Positions 8,570 to 16,763 of a DNA stretch of 64,000 bases are shown here, one piece after another. The notes under the pieces are model-generated. The model saw only the letters and a list, made by a program, of their open reading frames with translations, ran no database searches and had not been told where the DNA came from. A program made the translations under genes and the position numbers. The number at the start of each line of letters is the position of its first letter. Position 1 is the first letter of the stretch. The stretch comes from a virus: IMG/VR virus record IMGVR_UViG_3300036900_000025, positions 1 through 64,000 of that record; one strand, given 5' to 3'.

Positions 8570-9081
8570 GGCTTCCCCATCTCTCGGACCTGTGCACGGA
8601 ATGCGATCGCCTCGCGGGCAGCCTTTCGCATCATGGAGTTGATCGGACCAGTCCAGCCGGTCGCCCGGATCATCGCGTCCACCGAGTCGTTACGGTTGCT
8701 GACGGAGCGAGACTTCCCGGACGATCGGGACGAACCCGACTTTGAGCCCTTCTTGATCTTCGGGAGCGCGTCCCGATTGCCGTAGCGATCCACGGCGTAG
8801 CTGACTGGGCAGAGTCCTTCTCCGTCAGCCGTGATGATCCACTCGACGTGGACCTTCGACTTCGAGGCGAGTACACGGGCCTCGTCGTAGGCGAGCTTCG
8901 CCCGTTCGGTAGCGATGGACTCGCGATCCGGCACGGCCCGAACGTCACCCTTGAGGAACAAAGGCGTATTCGTGCAACGCACCTCGTCACGGGTACGGAT
9001 CATCCCGTCTTCCATTCCAGACACCTTGGGCCCGGAACGATGGGAGACGCGTGACTTTGTTGGGGTCACAATGATGGACAT
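8566..9081 (-). CDS. hypothetical basic protein
   Basis: Start directly after leader cassette copy 3. Confidence 0.8.
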   Translation of the reverse strand: MSIIVTPTKSRVSHRSGPKVSGMEDGMIRTRDEVRCTNTPLFLKGDVRAVPDRESIATERAKLAYDEARVLASKSKVHVEWIITADGEGLCPVSYAVDRYGNRDALPKIKKGSKSGSSRSSGKSRSVSNRNDSVDAMIRATGWTGPINSMMRKAAREAIAFRAQVREMGKP

Positions 9082-9111
9082 GACTTACCTCCGTCTAGCG
9101 GGTCAACACTA
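9082..9111 (-). repeat. 30-bp direct repeat (leader/SD cassette, copy 3)
   Basis: gacttacctccgtctagcgggtcaacacta identical to 8359-8388; 18-bp core also at 7765-7782. Confidence 0.95.
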
Positions 9112-10111
9112 GTCACGAGGTCGCATAACGCAAGCGTAGCGAGTCGATTCGTGACTAATGCAAACCGTCTAGGCGACTAGTTGTCATCGGATTAGGTTTG
9201 CTAGGACCAATCTAGCGTGCAACCGATAGGATGTCAAGTCCTAGCCCGCTACCTAACTAGGCGATTGTCCGCCGTATCTAGTGGCGACTAGTTGTCCTAG
9301 TCGCTACCCGATTAGGTAGCGGGCCCATAGGTCACACTAGAGTCGTCCCTACGTTCTAGCCGCTAGTCATGGTGGTCCACGACTAGTCGTCCGTTAGATC
9401 ACACTACGATCTAGGACACGACCCTACGCAAAGTCGATCTACCTATGGTCATCGGTCACAACCCGGCCGGATCGCCCCGGTAACTAGTCGCATCGTCGGA
9501 ACCCTACGCATCTAGGACTCACCTAGACAGAGTTCTTCTGTGTGACTAGTGCCTAGTTTGTCGGCACTATCCGATGATGACCGGTCGTCGATGCCGGTTT
9601 CTATGTTGCTAGGACTAGCCTAGCCTATCTAGCGGCCGTTGTCAAACGACCGGTCTAACTAGGTTCGGCACCTAGGACTAACCTACGGGCGAACCGTAGT
9701 GCCTAGACTAGTCGTTATCCGGGGTGCCGCCATGCGGCCCGCTATGGATGGGCGACTAGTCGCCGTTCCGTTGTTGCTAGGACTAACCTACCATCCTAGC
9801 GACTAGTTGTCAACTAGATTCGTTGACCATTCGGTAACGCCTACCTAGTGACGACTAGTCGTCGGGGTGATCCGCATGGATCCCGCTATGACGACTAGTC
9901 CCTATCCGACTACGACGAATCGTGTGGATAGCACTACGACGGTAGACTAACACGACTAGTCGTCGCGTGTCAATACCGAAAGTCGTATCTATCTAGTTGT
10001 GGTGGTGCGATCGTACCTACGGGGCGCGGCGCGCCCGACTAGTCGTCGGGCCATTCCGGCGGGTCCGTGGTGCGATGGGACAATCAAACCACGGATGCGA
10101 CTAGTCGTCAA
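9108..10111. repeat. array of ACTAGT-centred palindromes (consensus RCGACTAGTYGY) interleaved with leftward promoters
   Basis: ACTAGT at 9108, 9176, 9287, 9382, 9483, 9545, 9707, 9755, 9802, 9854, 9894, 9955, 10038, 10100. Confidence 0.9.
9209..9973 (-). promoter_or_regulatory. four stacked sigma70-like promoters
   Basis: TTGACA-17-TAGATT (9237-9209), TTGACA-17-TAGGCT (9645-9617), TTGACA-17-TAGGTT (9813-9785), TTGACA-18-TAGTCT (9973-9944); three share the leader GTCCTAGCAA. Confidence 0.8.
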
Positions 10112-10175
10112 CGGACAAATCGGACAGTTTCCAAGATCTTTTAGCCGATGCGGCCCGATAGGGTGCGCTATCGGG

Positions 10176-10194
10176 TTAGGTAAGGCTACCCTAA
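10176..10194. promoter_or_regulatory. IdeR/DtxR-type iron box
   Basis: TTAGGTAAGGCTACCCTAA matches the consensus TWAGGTWAGSCTWACCTWA at 18 of 19 positions. Confidence 0.8.
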
Positions 10195-10439
10195 GTCGCC
10201 TAGGATCGTTGCGATGACGACTGTTGAAGACTCAACTAAATCCGGGCCGGGGGGTGCGTGCGGCCGCTCTTGCCACTTTCGGTGCGCAGAAACTTTTCCA
10301 AACGCCTTATACAGTCTATTCTGATCAATTTCGGGATGCTAGTATTATTGTCTGGAATACTGACGAACTGAAGCGTTCTTGCCGAATGTTTCACTGTTCC
10401 CATCCATAAGGAAGGAGGAAGTGAGTCATTCTAGAGCAG

Positions 10440-10825
10440 ATGTCTTCGTATGTATTCACTATGTCTTCAATATTGTATTCATAAATAACAGCAGGTAGAA
10501 CGTATGATGATCTAGGAAACCCCATTGTGAGGACACCATCTACACCCCTAGCATCACCCAGAGTTGCTAGTAGTAGCATCCTTACCACTTCATGAGTACC
10601 AGTACGACTGTAGCTACTATCGGGCTATCCATGCGTAGGTTAGAAGGGGGGGCGTGTCTTCAATATTCGGGTGTATTCATAATCCCGTCTTCAAAAATAA
10701 CCGCAGGTCACGGGCACAATTGGGTGTCTACGAAACCCGTATTCATAATCCCGAATATTGAAGACACGGCATCAATATTCGACCGACTTTGGTCCTAGGA
10801 CTAGCGTGTGTATTCATAATGTCAT
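10440..10825. repeat. AT-rich block with direct and inverted repeats (candidate origin or packaging site)
   Basis: GTATTCATAAT three times plus two partial copies; perfect 19-bp inverted repeat 10653-10671/10750-10768. Confidence 0.7.
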
Positions 10826-11021
10826 CAAAATTCTGAGTCTCCCTCCGCAAGTTTCTGATGCTCGTACTGCTTTCGATGTTTGACGCCCGATATGGGGGGT
10901 ACGGGTCCGCTTGTGCTCGTCCGTGGATGGGAGTAGGCTGGCCCCACAACAGACGCCTGGTCAGCAGACTGCGGCCCGATATGGCGCACCGTGAGGGAAA
11001 CAGCCGTTCTTCGGAGGACTG

Positions 11022-11381
11022 ATGTACGAATACACCGGCAAGGTCACCAGAGTGGTCGATGGGGACACTCTTCACGTCGATATCGACCTGGGGTGCGACA
11101 CTCATCTCAATATGACGATCCGGCTCGATGGGATCGACGCTCCGGAGATGAGTACGAGCGAAGGTCACCTCGCTCGTGATTACGTCGTGGCGTGGCTGGA
11201 GCAGTTCGGCAACCAGGTTGTCGTTCGGACGGTCAAGGACAAGAAGGAGAAGTACGGGAGATATCTCGCGTGGATCTGGCCTCCTAACATCATGGACCGT
11301 CCCGGCGACAACTCGTTGCAAGACGACATGCTTGCTCGCGGCTACGCGAAGCCCTACGCCGGAGGTAAGCGCGATGTCTGA
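11022..11381 (+). CDS. thermonuclease (SNase) family protein
   Basis: VTRVVDGDT, IRLDGIDAPE, KYGRYLA and GYAKPY motifs. Confidence 0.92.
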   Translation: MYEYTGKVTRVVDGDTLHVDIDLGCDTHLNMTIRLDGIDAPEMSTSEGHLARDYVVAWLEQFGNQVVVRTVKDKKEKYGRYLAWIWPPNIMDRPGDNSLQDDMLARGYAKPYAGGKRDV

Positions 11382-11838
11382 GGTCACGGACATCAAGACC
11401 CGTACAGAGGTCGGACCCTATCCGACTGAGCTGGAAGAGCTCGTGAAGGGGTGCGTGCTAGAACCCGGTTGGCACGTCGAGCTGCAAGAGCGCAAGCGAG
11501 ACGACGACCACGGCCGGGGCGAAGCATCAGGGCTGACACTGGTGATCGTGACTCTGACGTACGACACGTATCACCCTGAGCGCGGGCGCGGCTACGCTGT
11601 GCAGCACTTCTTCCCGGTGCCGATCACAACGTGGAACCGCCAGAACTGGCAGCGGTGGCTGTTCGAGCAGTACGCGAGCGTCCTCGTTCACGAAGCGATG
11701 GAGAACTTCCAGATCGACGGGGAGCGCCCGTACGCGCCCAACCACGGGCCTGGCGAGAACCCTTACACGCTGAGGGAGATGACCACCGACGAAGCACGAC
11801 GCACGCAGTTCACCGGCAAGCTCGACCACAAGCGTTAG
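11374..11838 (+). CDS. hypothetical protein
   Basis: GGAGGT SD; overlaps the nuclease stop. Confidence 0.8.
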   Translation: MSEVTDIKTRTEVGPYPTELEELVKGCVLEPGWHVELQERKRDDDHGRGEASGLTLVIVTLTYDTYHPERGRGYAVQHFFPVPITTWNRQNWQRWLFEQYASVLVHEAMENFQIDGERPYAPNHGPGENPYTLREMTTDEARRTQFTGKLDHKR

Positions 11839-11851
11839 GAGCACAACTCTC

Positions 11852-12628
11852 ATGTCAGGCAAGAAGATCGCACTCTGTGTCGGGATCAATAACTACGGCG
11901 GACAGAACCAGCTTCACGGCTGTGTGAACGACGCCCGGACCTGGATGGACGTACTGCGCCTCAAGGGCTACACGGTGACCCCGCTGCTGGACGAGGCAGC
12001 GACCTTCCAGGGGATCGTTCAGGCTCTTACGGCGATGACGAAGTCGCTGAAGTACGGCGACAGGCTCGTGTTCACCTACTCTGGTCACGGCACCAACGCA
12101 CCAGACACCAGTGGGGACGAAGCGGACGGCATGGATGAAGCGATCTGTCCGATCGACTGCTTCGACAAGGGGATGCTGTTCGATGACGAGCTGCAGGTCA
12201 TCCTGGGCTCACGAGCTCTCGGCACGCGGGTCCTGATGATTATGGACTCCTGCCACTCAGGGACTGTGGACAAGTTCCTGCAGGTCCCCAGCAACGTGAA
12301 GTCGGACTTCGACATGAAGCCTCGGTTCATGCCTGCCAACGCGATGCGGGCTCGCGTCAACCCGGTCCACAGTAAGCCCAGATCACTGTTCCGGTCGATC
12401 ACCCTGCTGGCGGGCTGCCTGGACAACGAGTACTCCTACGACGCCTACATCAACGGGCTCGCGACCGGGGCGTTCACCTACTTTGCCAGCCAGGCTCTGG
12501 CGTCCAACCCAGGCACCTACAACGCCTGGCAGAAGCAGATCAGAACCTCCATGCCGAACCCCACCTACCCGCAGACCCCTGTGCTGTCTGGCACGACCTA
12601 CCAGCGGTCCCGCGTACCGTTCGCCTAG
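11852..12628 (+). CDS. caspase family protease (peptidase C14, metacaspase-like)
   Basis: ALCVGINNY, LHGCVNDA, YSGHG (catalytic His), DSCHSG (catalytic Cys), GAFT, QTP. Confidence 0.95.
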   Translation: MSGKKIALCVGINNYGGQNQLHGCVNDARTWMDVLRLKGYTVTPLLDEAATFQGIVQALTAMTKSLKYGDRLVFTYSGHGTNAPDTSGDEADGMDEAICPIDCFDKGMLFDDELQVILGSRALGTRVLMIMDSCHSGTVDKFLQVPSNVKSDFDMKPRFMPANAMRARVNPVHSKPRSLFRSITLLAGCLDNEYSYDAYINGLATGAFTYFASQALASNPGTYNAWQKQIRTSMPNPTYPQTPVLSGTTYQRSRVPFA

Positions 12629-12687
12629 CCCACCCTCTACGGGGCGCCCCCGTTCCCCGATCCCAGCCATAGAGAGGAACACCAACC

Positions 12688-13164
12688 GTGAAGATGTATC
12701 GGTTCGAGTGCTCCGACTGTGGCGATGTTGGCGAGACACGCGCCGACGAAGGCGCGGCTGACGACGACATGAGGGCGCACCCCTGCTACATCGCAGCGAA
12801 CGGAGTCACAGAGTTCGACCCTAAGGGTCTCCTGTCACCACAGCGCCGACGAGAGTTGTTTCCGACAGCCATCGAGGCCGGTGAACCGCAGGAGTCCGAC
12901 CGGGAGCACAAGAAGAAGCCGACAGTACTCGGCTGCAAGATGCTGGACTTCGGAATCGAGGTCGGCGTCATGGTGTTCTGTACCTGCGGGATGGGTTACA
13001 CCTTCATGGGACAGTTTGCCGCGCAGTACGTCTACGACAAGCACAGAGAGATCTGCGACGGTACGCCGGGTGCTCACGCGGAGAGGATGCGACAAGTCAA
13101 GCTTGACGAAGCGCGCCTCGCTGCGGGGAGGCAATCTCGAGAGGTACGGGAGGAGGTATCGTGA
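12688..13164 (+). CDS. Zn-finger-containing hypothetical protein
   Basis: CSDC...H and CTCG...H...C motifs; GAGGA SD. Confidence 0.7.
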   Translation: MKMYRFECSDCGDVGETRADEGAADDDMRAHPCYIAANGVTEFDPKGLLSPQRRRELFPTAIEAGEPQESDREHKKKPTVLGCKMLDFGIEVGVMVFCTCGMGYTFMGQFAAQYVYDKHREICDGTPGAHAERMRQVKLDEARLAAGRQSREVREEVS

Positions 13165-13259
13165 ACGGACAACGAGACAACCACTTGCTCGTGCTCATCG
13201 TCATCGCAGTTCTGCTGGCGCTGATCTTCCTGTTCGGCAGCGACGTGGTGGGTCGCTAG
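13161..13259 (+). CDS. small membrane protein (32 aa)
   Basis: GGAGGT SD; LLVLIVIAVLLALIFLFG. Confidence 0.65.
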   Translation: MNGQRDNHLLVLIVIAVLLALIFLFGSDVVGR

Positions 13260-13549
13260 AAGAGCTGGTCAGCTGTACCTCGAGGTATCGGTCGATATTC
13301 TTCGGCCGATACCTCGATCAGCTTGTGGAACGAGGTGTACGGCACCCACGGGTCCTGGGTGAAGTCGATCTCTGCGATCGGCGCGAAGCCGTGATCGAGG
13401 TCGCCAGTAAACTTGCTGGCTCTCTTCATGCAGATGCAGGAGACTTGCAGGCTATGCCCCTTGGGTCCAAACGACAGGCGGATCTGATGACCAGACTTCT
13501 TACGAACCGTTGCTCGCTGGTTCCAGTCCTCCGGCTGCTGGAAACTCAT
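13256..13549 (-). CDS. hypothetical protein
   Basis: Last gene of the leftward replication operon. Confidence 0.65.
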   Translation of the reverse strand: MSFQQPEDWNQRATVRKKSGHQIRLSFGPKGHSLQVSCICMKRASKFTGDLDHGFAPIAEIDFTQDPWVPYTSFHKLIEVSAEEYRPIPRGTADQLF

Positions 13550-13832
13550 CTAGGCCCCTATCGCGTCGGTGCTGGCGGATGATCTCATCAAGCAGGTTGT
13601 CAAACTTCACCTGAGCATCGGTGCGGGTACGCCGTACGACTGTCTTGCCCTTTGTGCGCTGGCGCATCTCGTGTCGCAGCCGGCCTCGGTCGCGCTCGGA
13701 CTTCTGACACAGAGGTCCATGACAGTCCTCCGCGTAGGTCGCCCTGGTTCCGTGGGTGCGATTGAGGAACTTCTCATCTTCAAGTTCGGCGCGCACACGT
13801 TCCAACAAGGCTAGAACCTCCTCAGATGACAT
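13500..13832 (-). CDS. hypothetical protein (HGT..TY...CH...C motif)
   Basis: Overlaps the helicase stop; basic, possible Zn/DNA binding. Confidence 0.7.
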   Translation of the reverse strand: MSSEEVLALLERVRAELEDEKFLNRTHGTRATYAEDCHGPLCQKSERDRGRLRHEMRQRTKGKTVVRRTRTDAQVKFDNLLDEIIRQHRRDRGLDEFPAAGGLEPASNGS

Positions 13833-15678
13833 ACTTGTACCTCACGGTTGGCCGTCCCACGCCTTTGGAGATGACCGGCTCGATCTCGCCCAACTCTGTC
13901 ATGTACTTCAGTACTTTCGACACGAGGTCGAGTGGGTACTTCTTGCGCTTCAGGCGGATCACCAAGTCACGCTGTGAGGGGGGCCGACCCTTCTCGGTCA
14001 GCTGTCGAACGTGACGTGCGATCTCCTCCTGACATTCGTTCATCAGAGTTGATCCGAGTTGTGCGGCAGGAATCGCGTAGGCAGCGATCAGGTACGGGTA
14101 CATCTTGATGACCTTGTCCACGATCTCAACCGGGACAACGTCGTGGTGACCGTTCGCTGACAGAAGCAGGATCAGCTTCTTCATCAGGAGGTCCATGCGT
14201 GTCAGCAGACCGGACTCGTCTGCCTGCTGCTTGGGGTGCAACAGCTCGTGGAAGAACGTACTGAACCGTTCCAAGGCCTCTGCCGACCACTGGATCTGCT
14301 TGCCCATCATAATCCAGCCGCGCAGGTTATCGAGCAGTGGATCGCAGGTGTGCGTGTCGATCTGGATACCGCCGACCGCGTACCGCTGCTTCTGCTTGCC
14401 TGAGGCGAACACCCAGCGGTTGAGGAACCCGGAGTCGGCGTCGGCCTGGTTGATGAGCTTCTTCAGCGCCCTGGGCTGGGTCGTCGTCCACACGGTGCAG
14501 TAAGGATCGTGTGCCTGGTTGTTGCCGTGTGTCATACTGATTGTGGAGACGACCTGCTGAACGTCGTACATCTCCATAAGTGTCGGCTTCATCACGTTGC
14601 CCTGACGCGACGTGCGACCTACAAGCGCCGAGAGTTCGTTGAACTCTACGATGCCGCGTACAGGCGCATAGTAAGCAACGGACTTGGGGTTACTGGGGTC
14701 AGGGATTGGCTTACTGAAACCGTGGATAAGCGCTTCCGCAGATGCTGGGGTGTTGATCCAGTGCGTTCCCTTTGAAGTTGCATCATCCCAGCGATGAGGA
14801 AGCGCACGACGCATAAGTGTCTTGAGATGATTGAAGGATCGACTCTTACCGTCCCCCGTGTGACCAGTGAGGCACACAAACAGGTTGCCATATACCGGCA
14901 CGCGGTCATAGAGAGTCACGTCCTTACCGATTGCCATACCTACGGCGATGATCCCGTTCCAGAAGTTGTACTCTTCCGGGATATCGTCCATGCAGGTGAC
15001 GCGCATGTACTCGTCTAGGAAGGTGTTGGGCTCAACGATGTTCGTCCAGTCAAGCGTCGGGAAGACGATCTCTTCTTCCTCGTCGTCATCATCACCTGTG
15101 ATCGAGACGACGGGGGCGACGGGAGAGTCTACCGATTCATCTGCTGGAGTACTCTCTCGGCTCTCTTCAGGAGGGACCGGAATAGGAGCCATGACGCCAG
15201 GTAGAGAGACAAAAGTCCAGCCGAAGCTGCGAGCCATGTCCCGACGGAGGTTGTGGAAGTCTGCTCCGGACTTGTAACCGGGCCGCTGGTAGCCAAAGTG
15301 GATTGCAGCGAGGTCATAGTGATCTCCACCTTCCTGGCAACCGCCACAGAACCAGGTATTCTTGTCAGTGTTGAGCCAAGCTGACGGGTCGCGGTCTGGG
15401 TGGCTGGGAAGCGGACAGCTAACCTTGATGCCTTCGGTTCGCTTGTCGGCTGGATTGACCGCTGACTTGTTGATCCACTTGCGGTAAGCGTCGATGATCC
15501 CGATGCGATTGACTGCCTCGTCAAGGCTTTGATCCTCGGGTGATCGCTGGTAGGGGTCCTCTGGCGTCAGATCGGCGAAATCTGACGGTGTTGAGGGAGG
15601 AGGAGGTGGTGGAACAGCCTTTGCGGCTTCTTCGGCAGCACGCCGCTCAGCGAGCTTCTGCTCGAACTTAGAAGTCAC
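13822..15678 (-). CDS. CHC2-like Zn-finger plus P-loop (DUF3987-like) primase-associated helicase
   Basis: CPLPSHPDRDPS...WFCGGCQEGGD; Walker A GHTGDGKS; Walker B-like VEFNEL; GFLNRW; C-terminal wHTH-like segment. Confidence 0.8.
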   Translation of the reverse strand: MTSKFEQKLAERRAAEEAAKAVPPPPPPSTPSDFADLTPEDPYQRSPEDQSLDEAVNRIGIIDAYRKWINKSAVNPADKRTEGIKVSCPLPSHPDRDPSAWLNTDKNTWFCGGCQEGGDHYDLAAIHFGYQRPGYKSGADFHNLRRDMARSFGWTFVSLPGVMAPIPVPPEESRESTPADESVDSPVAPVVSITGDDDDEEEEIVFPTLDWTNIVEPNTFLDEYMRVTCMDDIPEEYNFWNGIIAVGMAIGKDVTLYDRVPVYGNLFVCLTGHTGDGKSRSFNHLKTLMRRALPHRWDDATSKGTHWINTPASAEALIHGFSKPIPDPSNPKSVAYYAPVRGIVEFNELSALVGRTSRQGNVMKPTLMEMYDVQQVVSTISMTHGNNQAHDPYCTVWTTTQPRALKKLINQADADSGFLNRWVFASGKQKQRYAVGGIQIDTHTCDPLLDNLRGWIMMGKQIQWSAEALERFSTFFHELLHPKQQADESGLLTRMDLLMKKLILLLSANGHHDVVPVEIVDKVIKMYPYLIAAYAIPAAQLGSTLMNECQEEIARHVRQLTEKGRPPSQRDLVIRLKRKKYPLDLVSKVLKYMTELGEIEPVISKGVGRPTVRYKYVI

Positions 15679-15680
15679 AG

Positions 15681-16532
15681 TTAGTCGGTCCAGGGAGTGG
15701 CTGTAGTCAGTGCCCACTCGGGATCGCAGGGAACCATCTGGCCCATCGGCGTTCGCATGTCGATAAAGAACGTGGGATCAGTGGACTTCAGGTTTCGTCC
15801 CAGGGGAAGTCGCATGAGGTTCCCAAGATCCTTGCCACCGAGGCTGTCCTGCTTAGGAAATACCTCGATTGACAGGTTAGGATAACCGCTGATCGGATCG
15901 CGGTCGATAGAGCGATAGAAGTTGTCTCCCCGAGCAGGTGCCCAACCGCCGAGCGCATCGAGTACGATTCTGGCTCCGTCTCGTGCGTCACGAGCAGGTA
16001 TCCGTCCAGTGAAGCCGTAGACGTGAACACCCTTACCTCCGGAGTACGCGACGGCTACAGGCAGATCAAGCTCATCGTGGACATACTTGGCGAGGAGAGA
16101 AGCCACCATCTTGAGCTGGAACTTGTACCAAGCCCTACCAGGGTGGCTTCGATCTTTCCAGGACGCTCTGGCATCGGCGTACTCGATGGTCGGATTATCA
16201 TTGGCGTCTTGAAAATCAGGTACATAAGTGCCTCGGTAGGGGTCCGACTCCTTCTCGGGGTCGCCGTCCTTCTCTAGGTCGATGTCGAAGGCGAACAGCT
16301 TGACGGTGTCGTCAGTGTTCAGCAGGTAGTGACCGAAGGAGCGGCTACCGTCCAGGTGAGCCAGAAGATCTTCTCGCGTCCAGGGCAATCTCGTCTTACT
16401 GCCCTGTGGACCCGTTTCGTGGGGCGTCCAGATGCCCGTTGTCTGCTGTATCGCCTTGACGTCTGGCCTTGCGATGAACTTCGCGGCGAACAGGTTTGCA
16501 ATAACGTTCGGGTCAGACAAGTAAGCCCCCAT
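15681..16532 (-). CDS. archaeo-eukaryotic primase (AEP) family primase/polymerase
   Basis: FAFDIDL, YSGGKGVHVY, IEVFPKQ, GNLMRLPLG motifs. Confidence 0.88.
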   Translation of the reverse strand: MGAYLSDPNVIANLFAAKFIARPDVKAIQQTTGIWTPHETGPQGSKTRLPWTREDLLAHLDGSRSFGHYLLNTDDTVKLFAFDIDLEKDGDPEKESDPYRGTYVPDFQDANDNPTIEYADARASWKDRSHPGRAWYKFQLKMVASLLAKYVHDELDLPVAVAYSGGKGVHVYGFTGRIPARDARDGARIVLDALGGWAPARGDNFYRSIDRDPISGYPNLSIEVFPKQDSLGGKDLGNLMRLPLGRNLKSTDPTFFIDMRTPMGQMVPCDPEWALTTATPWTD

Positions 16533-16763
16533 GCGTTTACCGCTCGAGAGTCGGAGGAGCGGGCCGGATAGCGCGTAGGGGACCACCCTATCCCCTCCCG
16601 GCCACGCGGGCAAGCGGAGGGATATTGACGGACCGTCAGGCTAGTGCTACCATCGCGAGCGCCGGAAGAGCGTGCCCCTTTGGCACCTGTCGCCCGCCGA
16701 TGTCGGAGTCGGCGGGCGACGCTGCTTGACGCGGCATAGGGACGTGTGCCTATGCTGTGCGCT

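Noticed and set aside
9671-9790. Additional iron boxes (CTAACCTA half-sites)
   Set aside because: Only half-site similarity with wrong spacing; better explained as -10 elements (TAGGTT) of the repeated promoters
9108-10111. CRISPR or mini-CRISPR array, suggested by the repeats and a Cas4-like gene
   Set aside because: Repeats are 6-14-bp palindromes at irregular 40-160-bp spacing, not constant 25-40-bp repeats with uniform spacers; there is no cas1/cas2, and stand-alone Cas4-like nucleases are common in phages
9090-10205. Hidden gene using recoded TAG codons
   Set aside because: CTAG is palindromic and falls in all frames on both strands, many normal genes here end in TAG, and no suppressor tRNA is visible
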